Assembly: GCA_021788015.1 (NCBI GenBank)
Contig: JAJYLD010000001.1
Span: forward strand, 209,581-273,580
DNA length: 64,000 nt
Direction of reading: 5' to 3'
Origin: a bacterium
Lineage (GTDB): Bacteria > Patescibacteriota > Patescibacteriia > Patescibacteriales > JAKAJF01
A program made the translations under genes and the position numbers. Shown here piece by piece: positions 28,025-37,689 of the stretch. Numbering within the stretch: the stretch's first letter is position 1; each line of letters starts with the position of its first letter. Below the pieces are notes generated by a model. It worked only from the letters and a program-made list of their open reading frames with translations, was not told where the DNA came from and did no database searches.

Positions 28025-28437
28025 CTTTGGCTGATTAAAAGATTCAATGTATAGACTTTTTGATTTTTTAACGCATCCGCATAATACACGGAGGTTGAAA
28101 TTTTTTTCATTCCCGTTTCCGTCGCGCTTGGGTTTAAATTTCCGTCGACATATGAAATATCCGTTTCTCTTTGGAAATAATACATGTAATTCGACGTATT
28201 GTCGGAAAGCCGATGCAGTGTTTCAACCGTGCCCGTGGCTATATTGTTGTAACCTTCGGAAATTATGCTTTCAATTTCTCCTTGCGCGAGATAAGAAGCG
28301 ATAGACGCGTTTTCAGCTCCTTTGTTCAAGCCCAAAGAAATCGGGAAAGCCCCCATTAACGCGGTAAACGCGAAAGCGGTGATGGCAAAGGCCACCATGA
28401 TTTCGATTATAGTGAAACCGTTTTTATTTTTAAACAT
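28021..28437 (-). CDS. Prepilin-type N-terminal cleavage/methylation domain protein (minor pilin)
   Basis: The ATG at 28437 gives the leader MFKNKNG followed by FTIIEIMVAFAITAFAF. The tracked ORF extends to 28476, which would make the leader atypically long. Confidence 0.8.
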   Translation of the reverse strand: MFKNKNGFTIIEIMVAFAITAFAFTALMGAFPISLGLNKGAENASIASYLAQGEIESIISEGYNNIATGTVETLHRLSDNTSNYMYYFQRETDISYVDGNLNPSATETGMKKISTSVYYADALKNQKVYTLNLLISQR

Positions 28438-28498
28438 AAATTTAACTCGAGGATCGCAATTAATTTTAAAACTCAAATGTCAAATCCCAAAACAGTTT

Positions 28499-29014
28499 TT
28501 ATTGAGACAATTGAATATATCCTGACGGTTTGACATTAATAGTCTCGGTTTTGGTATTGTTTGACAAAACAATTGCTCCGGATTCATTTACGCCGCCAAA
28601 CGAATTAAAGATGACTTCGTTGTTCAGGACAGCATCGATTTGGCTGAATTCGACGCCCTGAGGCAGAGCAACCGATTTTATAGTCGTTGTCGCCGAACCC
28701 GTTTTAACAATCGAATAATTGTTCAGAGACGGATCGAGTTCGACTTCGTAAATATTTTGTTCAGAAATCGTCAATTGTTGGGCATAACGCAAATCGGAAG
28801 TCAAATTCTTCGCGGCTCCGTTAAGTTGAAGATCGGATTGGAACGCGTGCAGATACGGAGTCGAGATTGTCGTTAAAAGCGCGATAATGCCGATGCTTAT
28901 CAAAATATCAAGTAAAATCGCCCCTCTGTTATTCAGGTACCGACTGATTTTTATTGCTTTTTTTGTCATAATATTTGCGTTTTGGGTGTGAGACTTCTGC
29001 AAATTATAAATCAA
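28499..29014 (-). CDS. GspH/FimT-like minor pilin
   Basis: Hydrophobic pilin-like N-terminus (RGAILLDILISIGIIALLTT), then LQLNGAAKNLTSDLRYAQQL typical of GspH/FimT. The start may be the internal Met at 28969. Confidence 0.65.
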   Translation of the reverse strand: MIYNLQKSHTQNANIMTKKAIKISRYLNNRGAILLDILISIGIIALLTTISTPYLHAFQSDLQLNGAAKNLTSDLRYAQQLTISEQNIYEVELDPSLNNYSIVKTGSATTTIKSVALPQGVEFSQIDAVLNNEVIFNSFGGVNESGAIVLSNNTKTETINVKPSGYIQLSQ

Positions 29015-29026
29015 ATACCAAATTAA

Positions 29027-30166
29027 CTAAACCGCCGAAGTCAATGAATACATCGGCATGATAATGGCTATCGCCATGCCGCCGATGCCGCAACCCAGAA
29101 GAAGAATCAAAACCGGTTCAATTATGGCCGGAAGATTGGTCATAATTTGATCCACTTCTTCTTCGTAAAAAGAAGCCAATTCTTCGAGAATTGTATCCAG
29201 CTCGCCGGTTTGTTCGCCGACCGCGATCATTTGCCTGACCGTGGGCGGGAAAAGTTTTGGATACGCGCTTATAACTTCGTTTATTTGTCCGCCTTTTTTA
29301 ATTTTCTCTGCCATTTCGTCCATGGCTTTGCGATAATGCAGATTTCCAAGGACGTTGGCCGTAATCTGGAAACTTTTAATTATGGCGATATCGGTTTTTA
29401 AAAGCGAGCTTATGGTTCTGGCGAATTTGGCCAAATTGATTTTTTTGATGATATCCGAAAAAATCGGCAATTTAAGGAGAATGGAATGGAAGACGAATTT
29501 ACCTTTGTATGTGTGAAGAATTTTGTAAATTGCAGCGCAGACTACGATCAAAATAACAAGAGCAAGAATACCGTGTTGAACCAGGGCGTCGCTTACGGCG
29601 ATTAGAATTCTTGTTGCCAAAGGCATCTCCGCGTTAAAACTTTTCAGCATGTCCGTAATCTTGGGAACGACATAAATCATCATAAAAATGCCGATACCGC
29701 CCATGGCCGTGACGACTACAATCGGATATGTAAGGGCTCCTTTAACCTTTGAAATAAGTTCGTGCTGCTTTTTCAGCTGAATGAAAATCTGATGCAAAAC
29801 CTCCTCCAACTTACCGGAAATTTCGCCCGCCTCAACCATGCTTATAAAAAGGTCACCGAAAACTTTTCTGTGCGGCCTCAAACTCTCGGTAAAACTCACG
29901 CCGCGTTCGACATTTTTTGAAACATCGACAAGAATAAGTCTAAAGAACTTATTTTCCGTCTGCTCGGACAGAGTTTTTAAAGATATGGCCAGAGAAATGC
30001 CGGCCCTAAGCATGATGCCAAGATGCTGAACAAAAAATAACTTTTCCTTGATGGGAACCCCGGACAGTTTTATAAGAAGAAAATTGACTTTTTCGATAAA
30101 ATTTTTCTTTTCCTTGTCTTTTTCTTCTTCTTGGTTTGTTTTTTCCAAAACGAGATTGACCGGCAT
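29027..30166 (-). CDS. pilC: Type IV pilus platform protein PilC (T2SS F family)
   Basis: Duplicated T2SSF domains, three TM segments, and motifs such as GEISGKLEEVL and GEQTGELDTIL. Confidence 0.9.
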   Translation of the reverse strand: MPVNLVLEKTNQEEEKDKEKKNFIEKVNFLLIKLSGVPIKEKLFFVQHLGIMLRAGISLAISLKTLSEQTENKFFRLILVDVSKNVERGVSFTESLRPHRKVFGDLFISMVEAGEISGKLEEVLHQIFIQLKKQHELISKVKGALTYPIVVVTAMGGIGIFMMIYVVPKITDMLKSFNAEMPLATRILIAVSDALVQHGILALVILIVVCAAIYKILHTYKGKFVFHSILLKLPIFSDIIKKINLAKFARTISSLLKTDIAIIKSFQITANVLGNLHYRKAMDEMAEKIKKGGQINEVISAYPKLFPPTVRQMIAVGEQTGELDTILEELASFYEEEVDQIMTNLPAIIEPVLILLLGCGIGGMAIAIIMPMYSLTSAV

Positions 30167-30261
30167 ATGAGAAATTAAAAATTAAAAATGAAAAAATAAA
30201 AATAATTTGCGATCTTCAATTTTAGACATTGCGATTGCAATCGTAATTGAAAATTTTTAAT

Positions 30262-31470
30262 CTATTCAATTAACTTGCCTTCCGCGATCAATTCATCTTC
30301 GCATTTGTTGTCGATTAGTCGGAAGGCCGGATAAAGACTCAAGAAAATAATAAGAGCGAGCGCAAAAAATAGAACTCTGACCGGATAAAACAGAAGAATG
30401 AAAAAAGAAAGCGCCGAACCGAACAAATAAGCTATCGGGTTGGCCGTCCTGAAAAAATTATTCAAATCGACGTCGTGGCCGTCTATACGTTTATAAAAAT
30501 AAGAATCTCGGAGAGTTTGCAGAGAGGAAGCGCCTATTCTCGTAAAGACCAGAATCAGAATCCACAGTTTCAAACTCGGAACGGTCGTAAAAAAAACGGA
30601 CAAGGTGGCGATTCCCATAACAAAAAGCGCGGCAATCAGCAGTTCTTTTTCGCCCAATTTTTTGTCGGCGAGATAACCGATTGGGTAGGGCATAATGAGA
30701 AAAGGCACGAGCATGAAAGTAAAAATAATTCCGATTTGGCTCCAAGAAAATCCGATATCGCGAAGATAGATGGGGGAAAATATGACCATTATGGCAAAAA
30801 ATAATTCAAGAACGATGGAAACAGAATAAATTCGCATTATATTCGGTCTTTTTAATACTTTTTTCAGCAAGGCCTTTGTGCTTAATTTTTTATTGAATTT
30901 ATGATTAACTTGGCCCAACTTCAGAAGAGCGAGACTGAAAACGAAAACTACGATGATAAGCGCGGCGAAAAAAACATAGTGAAAACCGTATTTATTCAGG
31001 ATGTTCGTCGACAAAAACGGTCCTAAAACGTAGCCGCTTTCAAGGGCGATAATCTCCAATCCGCGAATTCGTCCGGAAAGTTTGTCGACTGAATATGATT
31101 CCAAAATAATATCAATAGCCACAGTGTCCAGAGGTACGAACATCATATAAACAAGCAAAAAGACTATGCTTGAAATTCCCGGTTTCAACATGACCAGAAA
31201 AAAGAGGGCAATGAGCTTTACTCCCAAAATTAAGAAAAGAGAATTTGATTTTCCGATCGATTTTACGATTTTATGGAGATTGAGCAATAAAACAAGCGCG
31301 ACGATACTTGTCCCAAAATAAAAAATACCCACGTTTTCGGTACCGATGGCGGCTTTAAAATAAGACGAGATCACATAAATTAAAACCGCTTGTGAAAATC
31401 CGATTAAAATCGAAATGAAATTGATAAAATTTATTTTTTTTCTGTTTAATTTTTCGTCGTGTTTTTTCAT
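30262..31470 (-). CDS. MFS transporter
   Basis: 402 aa and about 12 hydrophobic helices with a central loop. Substrate unknown. Confidence 0.7.
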   Translation of the reverse strand: MKKHDEKLNRKKINFINFISILIGFSQAVLIYVISSYFKAAIGTENVGIFYFGTSIVALVLLLNLHKIVKSIGKSNSLFLILGVKLIALFFLVMLKPGISSIVFLLVYMMFVPLDTVAIDIILESYSVDKLSGRIRGLEIIALESGYVLGPFLSTNILNKYGFHYVFFAALIIVVFVFSLALLKLGQVNHKFNKKLSTKALLKKVLKRPNIMRIYSVSIVLELFFAIMVIFSPIYLRDIGFSWSQIGIIFTFMLVPFLIMPYPIGYLADKKLGEKELLIAALFVMGIATLSVFFTTVPSLKLWILILVFTRIGASSLQTLRDSYFYKRIDGHDVDLNNFFRTANPIAYLFGSALSFFILLFYPVRVLFFALALIIFLSLYPAFRLIDNKCEDELIAEGKLIE

Positions 31471-31577
31471 ACGCGAACCTGCAAATTTAACGCGAATTTA
31501 CAAATATGCGAATTCGGCGCACCAATTTATTTAAAAAAATTTGCATATTTGTTATTTGATTTGTAATTCGTAGAAGT

Positions 31578-33320
31578 TTATTCTTTGGAAACGCGCATCA
31601 CTTCTTCGATACTCGTTATCCCGTTTTTCGCCTTGATAAATCCGTCTTCCGCCATGGTAACCATGCCCTGTTTTTCGGCCTGGGCTTTCAGTTCTTTGTC
31701 GGAGGCTCTTTTTAAAATCAACTCCGACATTTCTTCGGTGATTTCAAGAGTTTCGTAAATTCCGATGCGACCTTTGTATCCCGTATTATCGCATTGTTTG
31801 CATCCCTTGCCGCGATAGAAAAGCAAAGAATCGATGCCTTTTTCCGCGTCCATAATCACTTTGTTCGTTTCCAGCGTTTTTAAAATTTTATCGACATCGA
31901 ATTGTCCCTTCAATTCTTCTATATTCTTGCGGGTTAAATTGTAACTTTGAATGCAATTCGTGCATATTTTTCGGACAAGTCTTTGCGCGATAATGACGTT
32001 TGTCGTCGAGGCGACTAAAAAAGAAGCGATTCCCATATTAGACAAACGAGGCAGGGTGGTAATGGCGTCGTTGGTATGTAAGGTCGAAAGCACCAAATGG
32101 CCGGTCATGGCCGCATGAACAGCGATTTCGGCCGTTTCTTCGTCGCGAATTTCTCCAACCATGATAATATCGGGATCCTGGCGGAGAAGGGCGCGCAGGC
32201 CGGAAGCGAAAGTGAATCCGATTTTGGCGTTGACTTGCGACTGATTTACATGAGGCATGCGGTATTCGATCGGATCTTCGACGGTCGAAATGTTAACGCG
32301 AGGAGTATTAAGGATGTTCAAAATGGTATAAAGAGAAGTCGTTTTGCCGGAACCGGTCGGTCCGGTGACAAGTATCATCCCGTGGGGCTTGGCGATATTT
32401 CTTTTTATGGTTTCCAAGCTGTAAGGCTGAAGGCCAAGCTGTTCCAGAGTTAAAACCTGCGCTTTTTCGTTTAGAAGGCGCATAACGATTTTTTCTCCGT
32501 CAAAAGTGGGAATTATGGAAACGCGGAATGAAACTTGATATTCGGGATTGTTTATTTTGAACCGACCGTCCTGGGGCAACCTGTGCTCGTCCACCTTTAA
32601 ATTGGCCAAGATTTTTATGCGGGCGATAATTCCCGACTGCGCCGTTTTCGGCAAAGTCATAACATTGCGCAAAATGCCGTCTATGCGGTAACGGACGCTG
32701 ATTTCCTTTTCCCCCGGTTCGATATGAATGTCGCTGGCTCCTTCGAAAACGGCGTATTCGAGCAGTGTGTCGACAATCCTGACCACGGGCAAATCTTCCG
32801 CCATTTTTTTCAAATCCTGATCTCCTTCCGTTTCCGTCGAGCTTGCCCGATCATTATTTAAAGACAAAGAATTCAATTCCGCTTTTAGAGTTTTGTGATA
32901 TTGTTTGAGACCATCGCTTAAACTTTCCGGCGTAGTGAGGTATATCTCGGGTTCAAGCCCGGTCTTTTTCTTGATAAATTCGAATATTTCCAAATCCTCG
33001 CTGTCGAGAGTGGCGATTTTTATTTTCTTTGAATCGGCGTCAAAAGCGATTAGACTATGGGTTACGGCTATGGGTTCGGGAACGGAAAGAAGAACGTCTT
33101 TGCGGATTACCTGGTCTTTTAAGTTTATAAAAGGAACGTTAAAATAACCGGCGGCCGCTTCATACAAGGTAAGCTGGTTCGTTAATTTTTTTTCAATTAA
33201 GAATTCTTCAAGCCCCTTGCCGTTTTCTTCGGCCTCTTTAACCACTTTATTAAAATCTTTTTCGGATAAGATGTTGGCTTTGACGAGAATTTTTTTTAAT
33301 TGATCGTTATTTGCAAGCAT
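31578..33320 (-). CDS. pilB: Type IV pilus assembly ATPase PilB (GspE family)
   Basis: Walker A GPTGSGKTT, Asp/His boxes (VGEIRDEETA, GHLVLSTLHTN), a tetracysteine CTNC...CKQC, and an N-terminal GspE-N domain. Confidence 0.93.
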   Translation of the reverse strand: MLANNDQLKKILVKANILSEKDFNKVVKEAEENGKGLEEFLIEKKLTNQLTLYEAAAGYFNVPFINLKDQVIRKDVLLSVPEPIAVTHSLIAFDADSKKIKIATLDSEDLEIFEFIKKKTGLEPEIYLTTPESLSDGLKQYHKTLKAELNSLSLNNDRASSTETEGDQDLKKMAEDLPVVRIVDTLLEYAVFEGASDIHIEPGEKEISVRYRIDGILRNVMTLPKTAQSGIIARIKILANLKVDEHRLPQDGRFKINNPEYQVSFRVSIIPTFDGEKIVMRLLNEKAQVLTLEQLGLQPYSLETIKRNIAKPHGMILVTGPTGSGKTTSLYTILNILNTPRVNISTVEDPIEYRMPHVNQSQVNAKIGFTFASGLRALLRQDPDIIMVGEIRDEETAEIAVHAAMTGHLVLSTLHTNDAITTLPRLSNMGIASFLVASTTNVIIAQRLVRKICTNCIQSYNLTRKNIEELKGQFDVDKILKTLETNKVIMDAEKGIDSLLFYRGKGCKQCDNTGYKGRIGIYETLEITEEMSELILKRASDKELKAQAEKQGMVTMAEDGFIKAKNGITSIEEVMRVSKE

Positions 33321-33505
33321 GGGGATAAGTTTGTCGTATTTTTCTATTTAATTATAACACAAAAAAGCCATTTGCGAAAAGACGGGCTTTCTTCTTTCAA
33401 TATCAATGGCGATGTGATAAAATGGGATTAAGAAAATAAAAATTTTCAACTCGCAATTTTCAAACAATTTGCAATTTTTCAATTTTTAAATTTAGAATTC
33501 ATTTT

Positions 33506-33916
33506 ATGGATTTTACCAAAATATTAAATTACTTATACCTCACCCGCCAAAAGATTTTTGAAATCATCCCCGAAATTTTAAGTTTCGTTTATGTTAGAGT
33601 ATATTTGATTTTTATTTTCTTTTTCAACATTCTGTCTTGGGTTTTGGCGTATTTTATAAATTCGAAAGCCGGTCAAAATCCGATTATTTTTTTACATTAT
33701 AATGTCGATTTCGGAGCGAATCTTGTCGGCGATGTCGGCCAACTTTACACTTTGTCGGACCTTGGCCTGATCGTGTTTATTTTCAATTTCTTTTTATTTT
33801 TGAATTTTTACAAGAAGAATAAATTTATAAGCCATCTTCTTCTTTCGGCCGCGGTTTTGGTTAACGCCATTCTTGTTATAGCTTTATATTTAATTTATTT
33901 AGTTAATTTCCGATAA
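33506..33916 (+). CDS. Hypothetical integral membrane protein
   Basis: 136 aa with four hydrophobic segments, 3 nt upstream of mraY. Confidence 0.5.
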   Translation: MDFTKILNYLYLTRQKIFEIIPEILSFVYVRVYLIFIFFFNILSWVLAYFINSKAGQNPIIFLHYNVDFGANLVGDVGQLYTLSDLGLIVFIFNFFLFLNFYKKNKFISHLLLSAAVLVNAILVIALYLIYLVNFR

Positions 33917-33919
33917 TTT

Positions 33920-34975
33920 ATGCACAACGAATTGATTCGGATTCTATTTTTGACAACATTGTCTTTCGCGTTCGCGATGGGCTGGACGCCGCTTCTCGCG
34001 CATTTTCTTTATAAATATAAAATGGGGAAAAGGATCAGGAGCAATGGCGGAACTCCGATTTTCACGCAAATGCATGCTCATAAACAAGGGACGCCGGTCA
34101 TGGGCGGTCTCTTGGTCTGGGTTACCGTATTAATTTTCAGCTTGGTCTTTTTTTATTTGCCGAAAATATTTCATTCCGATTTCCTCAACTCTTTGAATTT
34201 TCTTTCCAGAAAAGAAACGCTTTTACCGTTGGGCGTTCTCGTAGCCACCGCCTTGGTCGGCCTTTTGGACGACTGGCTTGACATTACCGGCAATGGCGTT
34301 GCGGGCGGCGGAGGATTAAAAGTAAGGCATCGCCTTCTTATTTATACTCTTATCGCGATAGTGGGCGCTTGGTGGTTTTATTTTAAATTGGATTGGGATT
34401 TTTTTCATATCCCTTTTATCGGCAATTTTAAAATCGGTTGGTACTACATACTCATTTTTATTTTTGTGCTTGTCGCTACGGCCTTCTCGGTCAATGAAAC
34501 CGACGGCTTGGACGGTCTTTCCGGAGGCGTTTTACTTTCCTCATTCAGCGCCTATGCCGTAATCGCCTACGCTTTGGGCAAATATGATCTGGCCACTTTT
34601 TGCGGAATTATTGTCGGCGCCCTTCTCGCTTTTTTATGGTTCAATATCAATCCGGCGAGATTCTTTATGGGCGATACCGGATCCATGAGCCTTGGCATAA
34701 CTTTAGGCATAATTGCCATGCTCACGAACAGCGCTTTGATTTTGCCCATCATCGGCTTCGTTTTTGTTATTGAGTCACTGTCGGTTATCATTCAAATCAT
34801 TTCCAAAAAATTGCGCCACGGGAAAAAAGTTTTTCTTTCAAGCCCTTTGCACCATCATTTCGAAGCTAAAGGTTGGCCGGAGCCGAAAATCGTGATGCGA
34901 TTCTGGGTTATTGCCGGGGTAACTTCGGTTTTAGGTTTGATCATTTTTCTTTTGGACCAAACTACGAAAAGATAA
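33920..34975 (+). CDS. mraY: Phospho-N-acetylmuramoyl-pentapeptide transferase
   Basis: GLLDDWLDI, NETDGLDGL, FMGDTGSMSLG and PLHHHFE motifs. Confidence 0.95.
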   Translation: MHNELIRILFLTTLSFAFAMGWTPLLAHFLYKYKMGKRIRSNGGTPIFTQMHAHKQGTPVMGGLLVWVTVLIFSLVFFYLPKIFHSDFLNSLNFLSRKETLLPLGVLVATALVGLLDDWLDITGNGVAGGGGLKVRHRLLIYTLIAIVGAWWFYFKLDWDFFHIPFIGNFKIGWYYILIFIFVLVATAFSVNETDGLDGLSGGVLLSSFSAYAVIAYALGKYDLATFCGIIVGALLAFLWFNINPARFFMGDTGSMSLGITLGIIAMLTNSALILPIIGFVFVIESLSVIIQIISKKLRHGKKVFLSSPLHHHFEAKGWPEPKIVMRFWVIAGVTSVLGLIIFLLDQTTKR

Positions 34976-34980
34976 ATAAA

Positions 34981-35418
34981 ATCTCAAAACTCAAATGTCA
35001 AATCTCGAAACTGCAACTCAAAACCAAAAAACAGATGTAAAGATGAGAGCCTATCATTTTTCGATCCGTGTTATAAAGTTCATGGATTCTCTGCCGAATA
35101 AAAGAATTTTTGGATAATCGCAGGCCAACTATTAAGATCGGTAACCTCGATCGGAGCAAATATTATCGAAGCGAAATCGTCGTCATCGAAAAAAGATTTT
35201 ATTAAGTTTTATGAAATCGCTTTAAAATCGTCAAATGAAAGTAAGTATTGTTCGGATTATTGAGAGACGCCACGAATACAGACAAGGTAAAGTCAATGAA
35301 TTATTGCAAGAAACGAAAGAAATATCAAAAATACTCGGTGCCAGTCTGCTCACGCTTAAAAATAAAAGATTTTAGCTTTAAATTTTGGTTTTGAGATTTG
35401 CGTTTTGAGATTTGAGAT
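34981..35418 (+). mobile_element. Palindrome-flanked cassette carrying a degraded four-helix-bundle protein gene
   Basis: Arm 34981-35033 and arm 35378-35418 are mutually complementary TCTCAAA-word sequences. Both are shared, in inverted orientation, with the gene-less locus at 21152-21296. Confidence 0.5.
35043..35375 (+). pseudogene. Four-helix-bundle protein (23S rRNA intervening-sequence protein family), frameshifted
   Basis: Three frames together read MRAYHFSIRVIKFMDSLPNKRIF / IIAGQLLRSVTSIGANIIEAKSSSSKKDFIKFYEIALKSSNESKY / VNELLQETKEISKILGASLLTLKNKRF. This matches the family pattern (QL.RS..SIGANI.E....S.KDF) but needs at least two frameshifts. Confidence 0.7.
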
Positions 35419-35425
35419 TAATATC

Positions 35426-36571
35426 ATGTTCAAAAAAATAAAAAATTGGTTCACCAAACTCCTGCACCGCCAATCTTTCCAGCACAACCCTGATTATACT
35501 TTAATCGGGGTTATTTCGATAATTTTAGTTTACGGCTTGATTATGCTTTCGAGCGCGACAAGCGCGGTCGCTTACGCCAATCACGGAGACAGTTATTATT
35601 TTTTTAAGCATCAATTATTCGGAATCGCCATAGGCTTGGTCCTTTTTTATTTTCTCTCGCGAATCGATTATCATATTTGGAAAAAATACGCGGCCGGTTT
35701 TTTGTTTTTTTCCATTGCTTTATTGCTTCTTGTCTTTATTCCTCATCTCGGAGCGCATTATGGCAAGGCGCCGAGGTGGATTAATGTTTTAGGTTTTTCT
35801 CTTCAACCGTCGGAATTTGTAAAAATTTCTTTTCTTTTGTATTTAGCCGCTTGGCTTGAATCGAGAAAGTCAAAACTGCACGAATTCAATGCGGGCATAA
35901 AGCCGTTTTTAACGGCGCTCGGAGCGATTGCGATTTTAATGCTTATGCAGCCGGATTTGGGAACTTTGTCCATTATCGTAATCACCGCCCTTTCCGTATA
36001 CTTCGTCGGAGGCGGCAAAACCAAACATATAATTTACATCATTCTCGCCGGCGTAATCGCCATGATGATTTTGGTAAGAATAAAACCCTACCAGGCGGAC
36101 CGTTTTCGCTGTTACGCCGATCCGAACTACAGTCCCGACGATATCTGTTATCAACTTAATCAGTCGCTTATCGCCGTCGGATCGGGCGGAATTTGGGGCA
36201 GGGGACTGGGCGCGAGTCGGGAAAAATTCATGTATTTGCCGGAAGTGAGCGGCGATTCGATTTTTCCGATTATCGGCGAAGAAACCGGCTTTATTTTTAG
36301 CGTCGGCCTGATTTTGCTTTTTTTGCTTTTATTTTATCGGGGATATAAAATTTCTAAAAATGCGCCCGATCATTTCGGAAGAAATCTCGCTATCGGCATC
36401 GTAACCTGGATTGTCGCCCAGGCCTTGATTAATATCGGAAGCATGATCGATGCCATGCCCATGACCGGCGTGCCGTTGCCGTTTATAAGTTATGGCGGCA
36501 CAGCCATGATGTCGGCCTTAAGCGCGATCGGAGTGCTTGTTAATATAAGCAAACACACGAAAATTAATTAG
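35426..36571 (+). CDS. ftsW: Peptidoglycan glycosyltransferase FtsW/RodA (SEDS family)
   Basis: Ten TM segments, SEFVKI, MLMQPDLGT, GLGAS, PEVSGDSIF and PFISYGGT motifs. The ATG at 35426 is preferred to the alternative start at 35405 inside the repeat arm. Confidence 0.9.
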   Translation: MFKKIKNWFTKLLHRQSFQHNPDYTLIGVISIILVYGLIMLSSATSAVAYANHGDSYYFFKHQLFGIAIGLVLFYFLSRIDYHIWKKYAAGFLFFSIALLLLVFIPHLGAHYGKAPRWINVLGFSLQPSEFVKISFLLYLAAWLESRKSKLHEFNAGIKPFLTALGAIAILMLMQPDLGTLSIIVITALSVYFVGGGKTKHIIYIILAGVIAMMILVRIKPYQADRFRCYADPNYSPDDICYQLNQSLIAVGSGGIWGRGLGASREKFMYLPEVSGDSIFPIIGEETGFIFSVGLILLFLLLFYRGYKISKNAPDHFGRNLAIGIVTWIVAQALINIGSMIDAMPMTGVPLPFISYGGTAMMSALSAIGVLVNISKHTKIN

Positions 36572-36576
36572 ATTGA

Positions 36577-37689
36577 ATGTTTAAGATCAATCCTCAAAAT
36601 TATAGTGCGTTTATAAGAATTAAAGGCCGGGGCAAGGCAAAATGCCTGATGAATGAATTTTTGTTGAATGGTCCGCTTAAAAATGCCAATCCATTAATCA
36701 TAAATAATCAGGATTCTTGGGTTTTTTATATCGACAAGAGAAAGCAGAAAATTTGCGACAAGATTGGTTTCAATTTTTTTAAGAACGAGAAGAGATTTAA
36801 AAAGTACAGTTCTGATTTTGAAAAGTACGTAAATTTCGCACAGAAGAAATTGATTAAAAAGTATTCTTCAATACTTTCACGAATAAGTAAAGAAGAATTT
36901 AAAATTGCGGTTAAAAAATTGTCTGAATTTTGGAAATTTTACGGCTATACCGAATTTATTTTTCATGATTCTCCTTATGAAAGAATGCTTAAGACAAAAA
37001 ATAAAATTTTAAAGAAAAATTTAAAGAAATTGGACGCGCTTAAATTGGAAGGAAGAAAAATTTTTAATTTTTTTGTGCCGTACGGTGGAGTATTAAACAA
37101 TATTCTTTCTTCTATTTCAAAGCAATTTTTTCAAAATGAGGGGGACGGATATTTTCTCTATTATGACGAAATTATAAAATTGTTTAATGGTTTTAAAATT
37201 GATAAAAAAATAATAGCGCAAAGAAAAAGATTTTATGCTTTATCGGGAGGTAAAAAAATCAAGCATTTTAATTATACTGATTCGAAAAAAGTAGCGCGTA
37301 TTTTTTACAAATACGAAAAGAAGGAATTAAAAAATCAAACAAAAATGGGAATAAAAGGAGATATCGCAAATCCGGGAAAGGCGGTTGGTAAAATCGTAAT
37401 CGTTCCCATGATGGACGCAAAAGAAGCGGCGCATATTAAAATGAACAAAGGTGATATTTTAGTTGCACAAAGTACGAATCCTGATTTAATCAGTTTATGC
37501 ACTAAAGCCGGCGCTATCGTCGCCAACCAGGGCGGCATGCTTTCTCATGCCGCCATAATCAGTAGAGAATTAAATATACCTTGCATAGTCGGCACTACCA
37601 GTGCCACCAAAATTTTCAAAGATGGTGACCTGGTGGAGGTTGATGCCTTTCAGGGTATAATAAGAAAAATAAATGGAAATTATAAATAA
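36577..37689 (+). CDS. PEP-utilizing enzyme mobile (phosphohistidine swivel) domain protein
   Basis: C-terminal GKAVGKIVIV ... GDILVAQSTNPD ... GAIVANQGGMLSHAAIISRELNIPCIVG is the swivel domain with the catalytic His. The roughly 270-aa Lys-rich N-terminal region is unassigned. Confidence 0.7.
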   Translation: MFKINPQNYSAFIRIKGRGKAKCLMNEFLLNGPLKNANPLIINNQDSWVFYIDKRKQKICDKIGFNFFKNEKRFKKYSSDFEKYVNFAQKKLIKKYSSILSRISKEEFKIAVKKLSEFWKFYGYTEFIFHDSPYERMLKTKNKILKKNLKKLDALKLEGRKIFNFFVPYGGVLNNILSSISKQFFQNEGDGYFLYYDEIIKLFNGFKIDKKIIAQRKRFYALSGGKKIKHFNYTDSKKVARIFYKYEKKELKNQTKMGIKGDIANPGKAVGKIVIVPMMDAKEAAHIKMNKGDILVAQSTNPDLISLCTKAGAIVANQGGMLSHAAIISRELNIPCIVGTTSATKIFKDGDLVEVDAFQGIIRKINGNYK

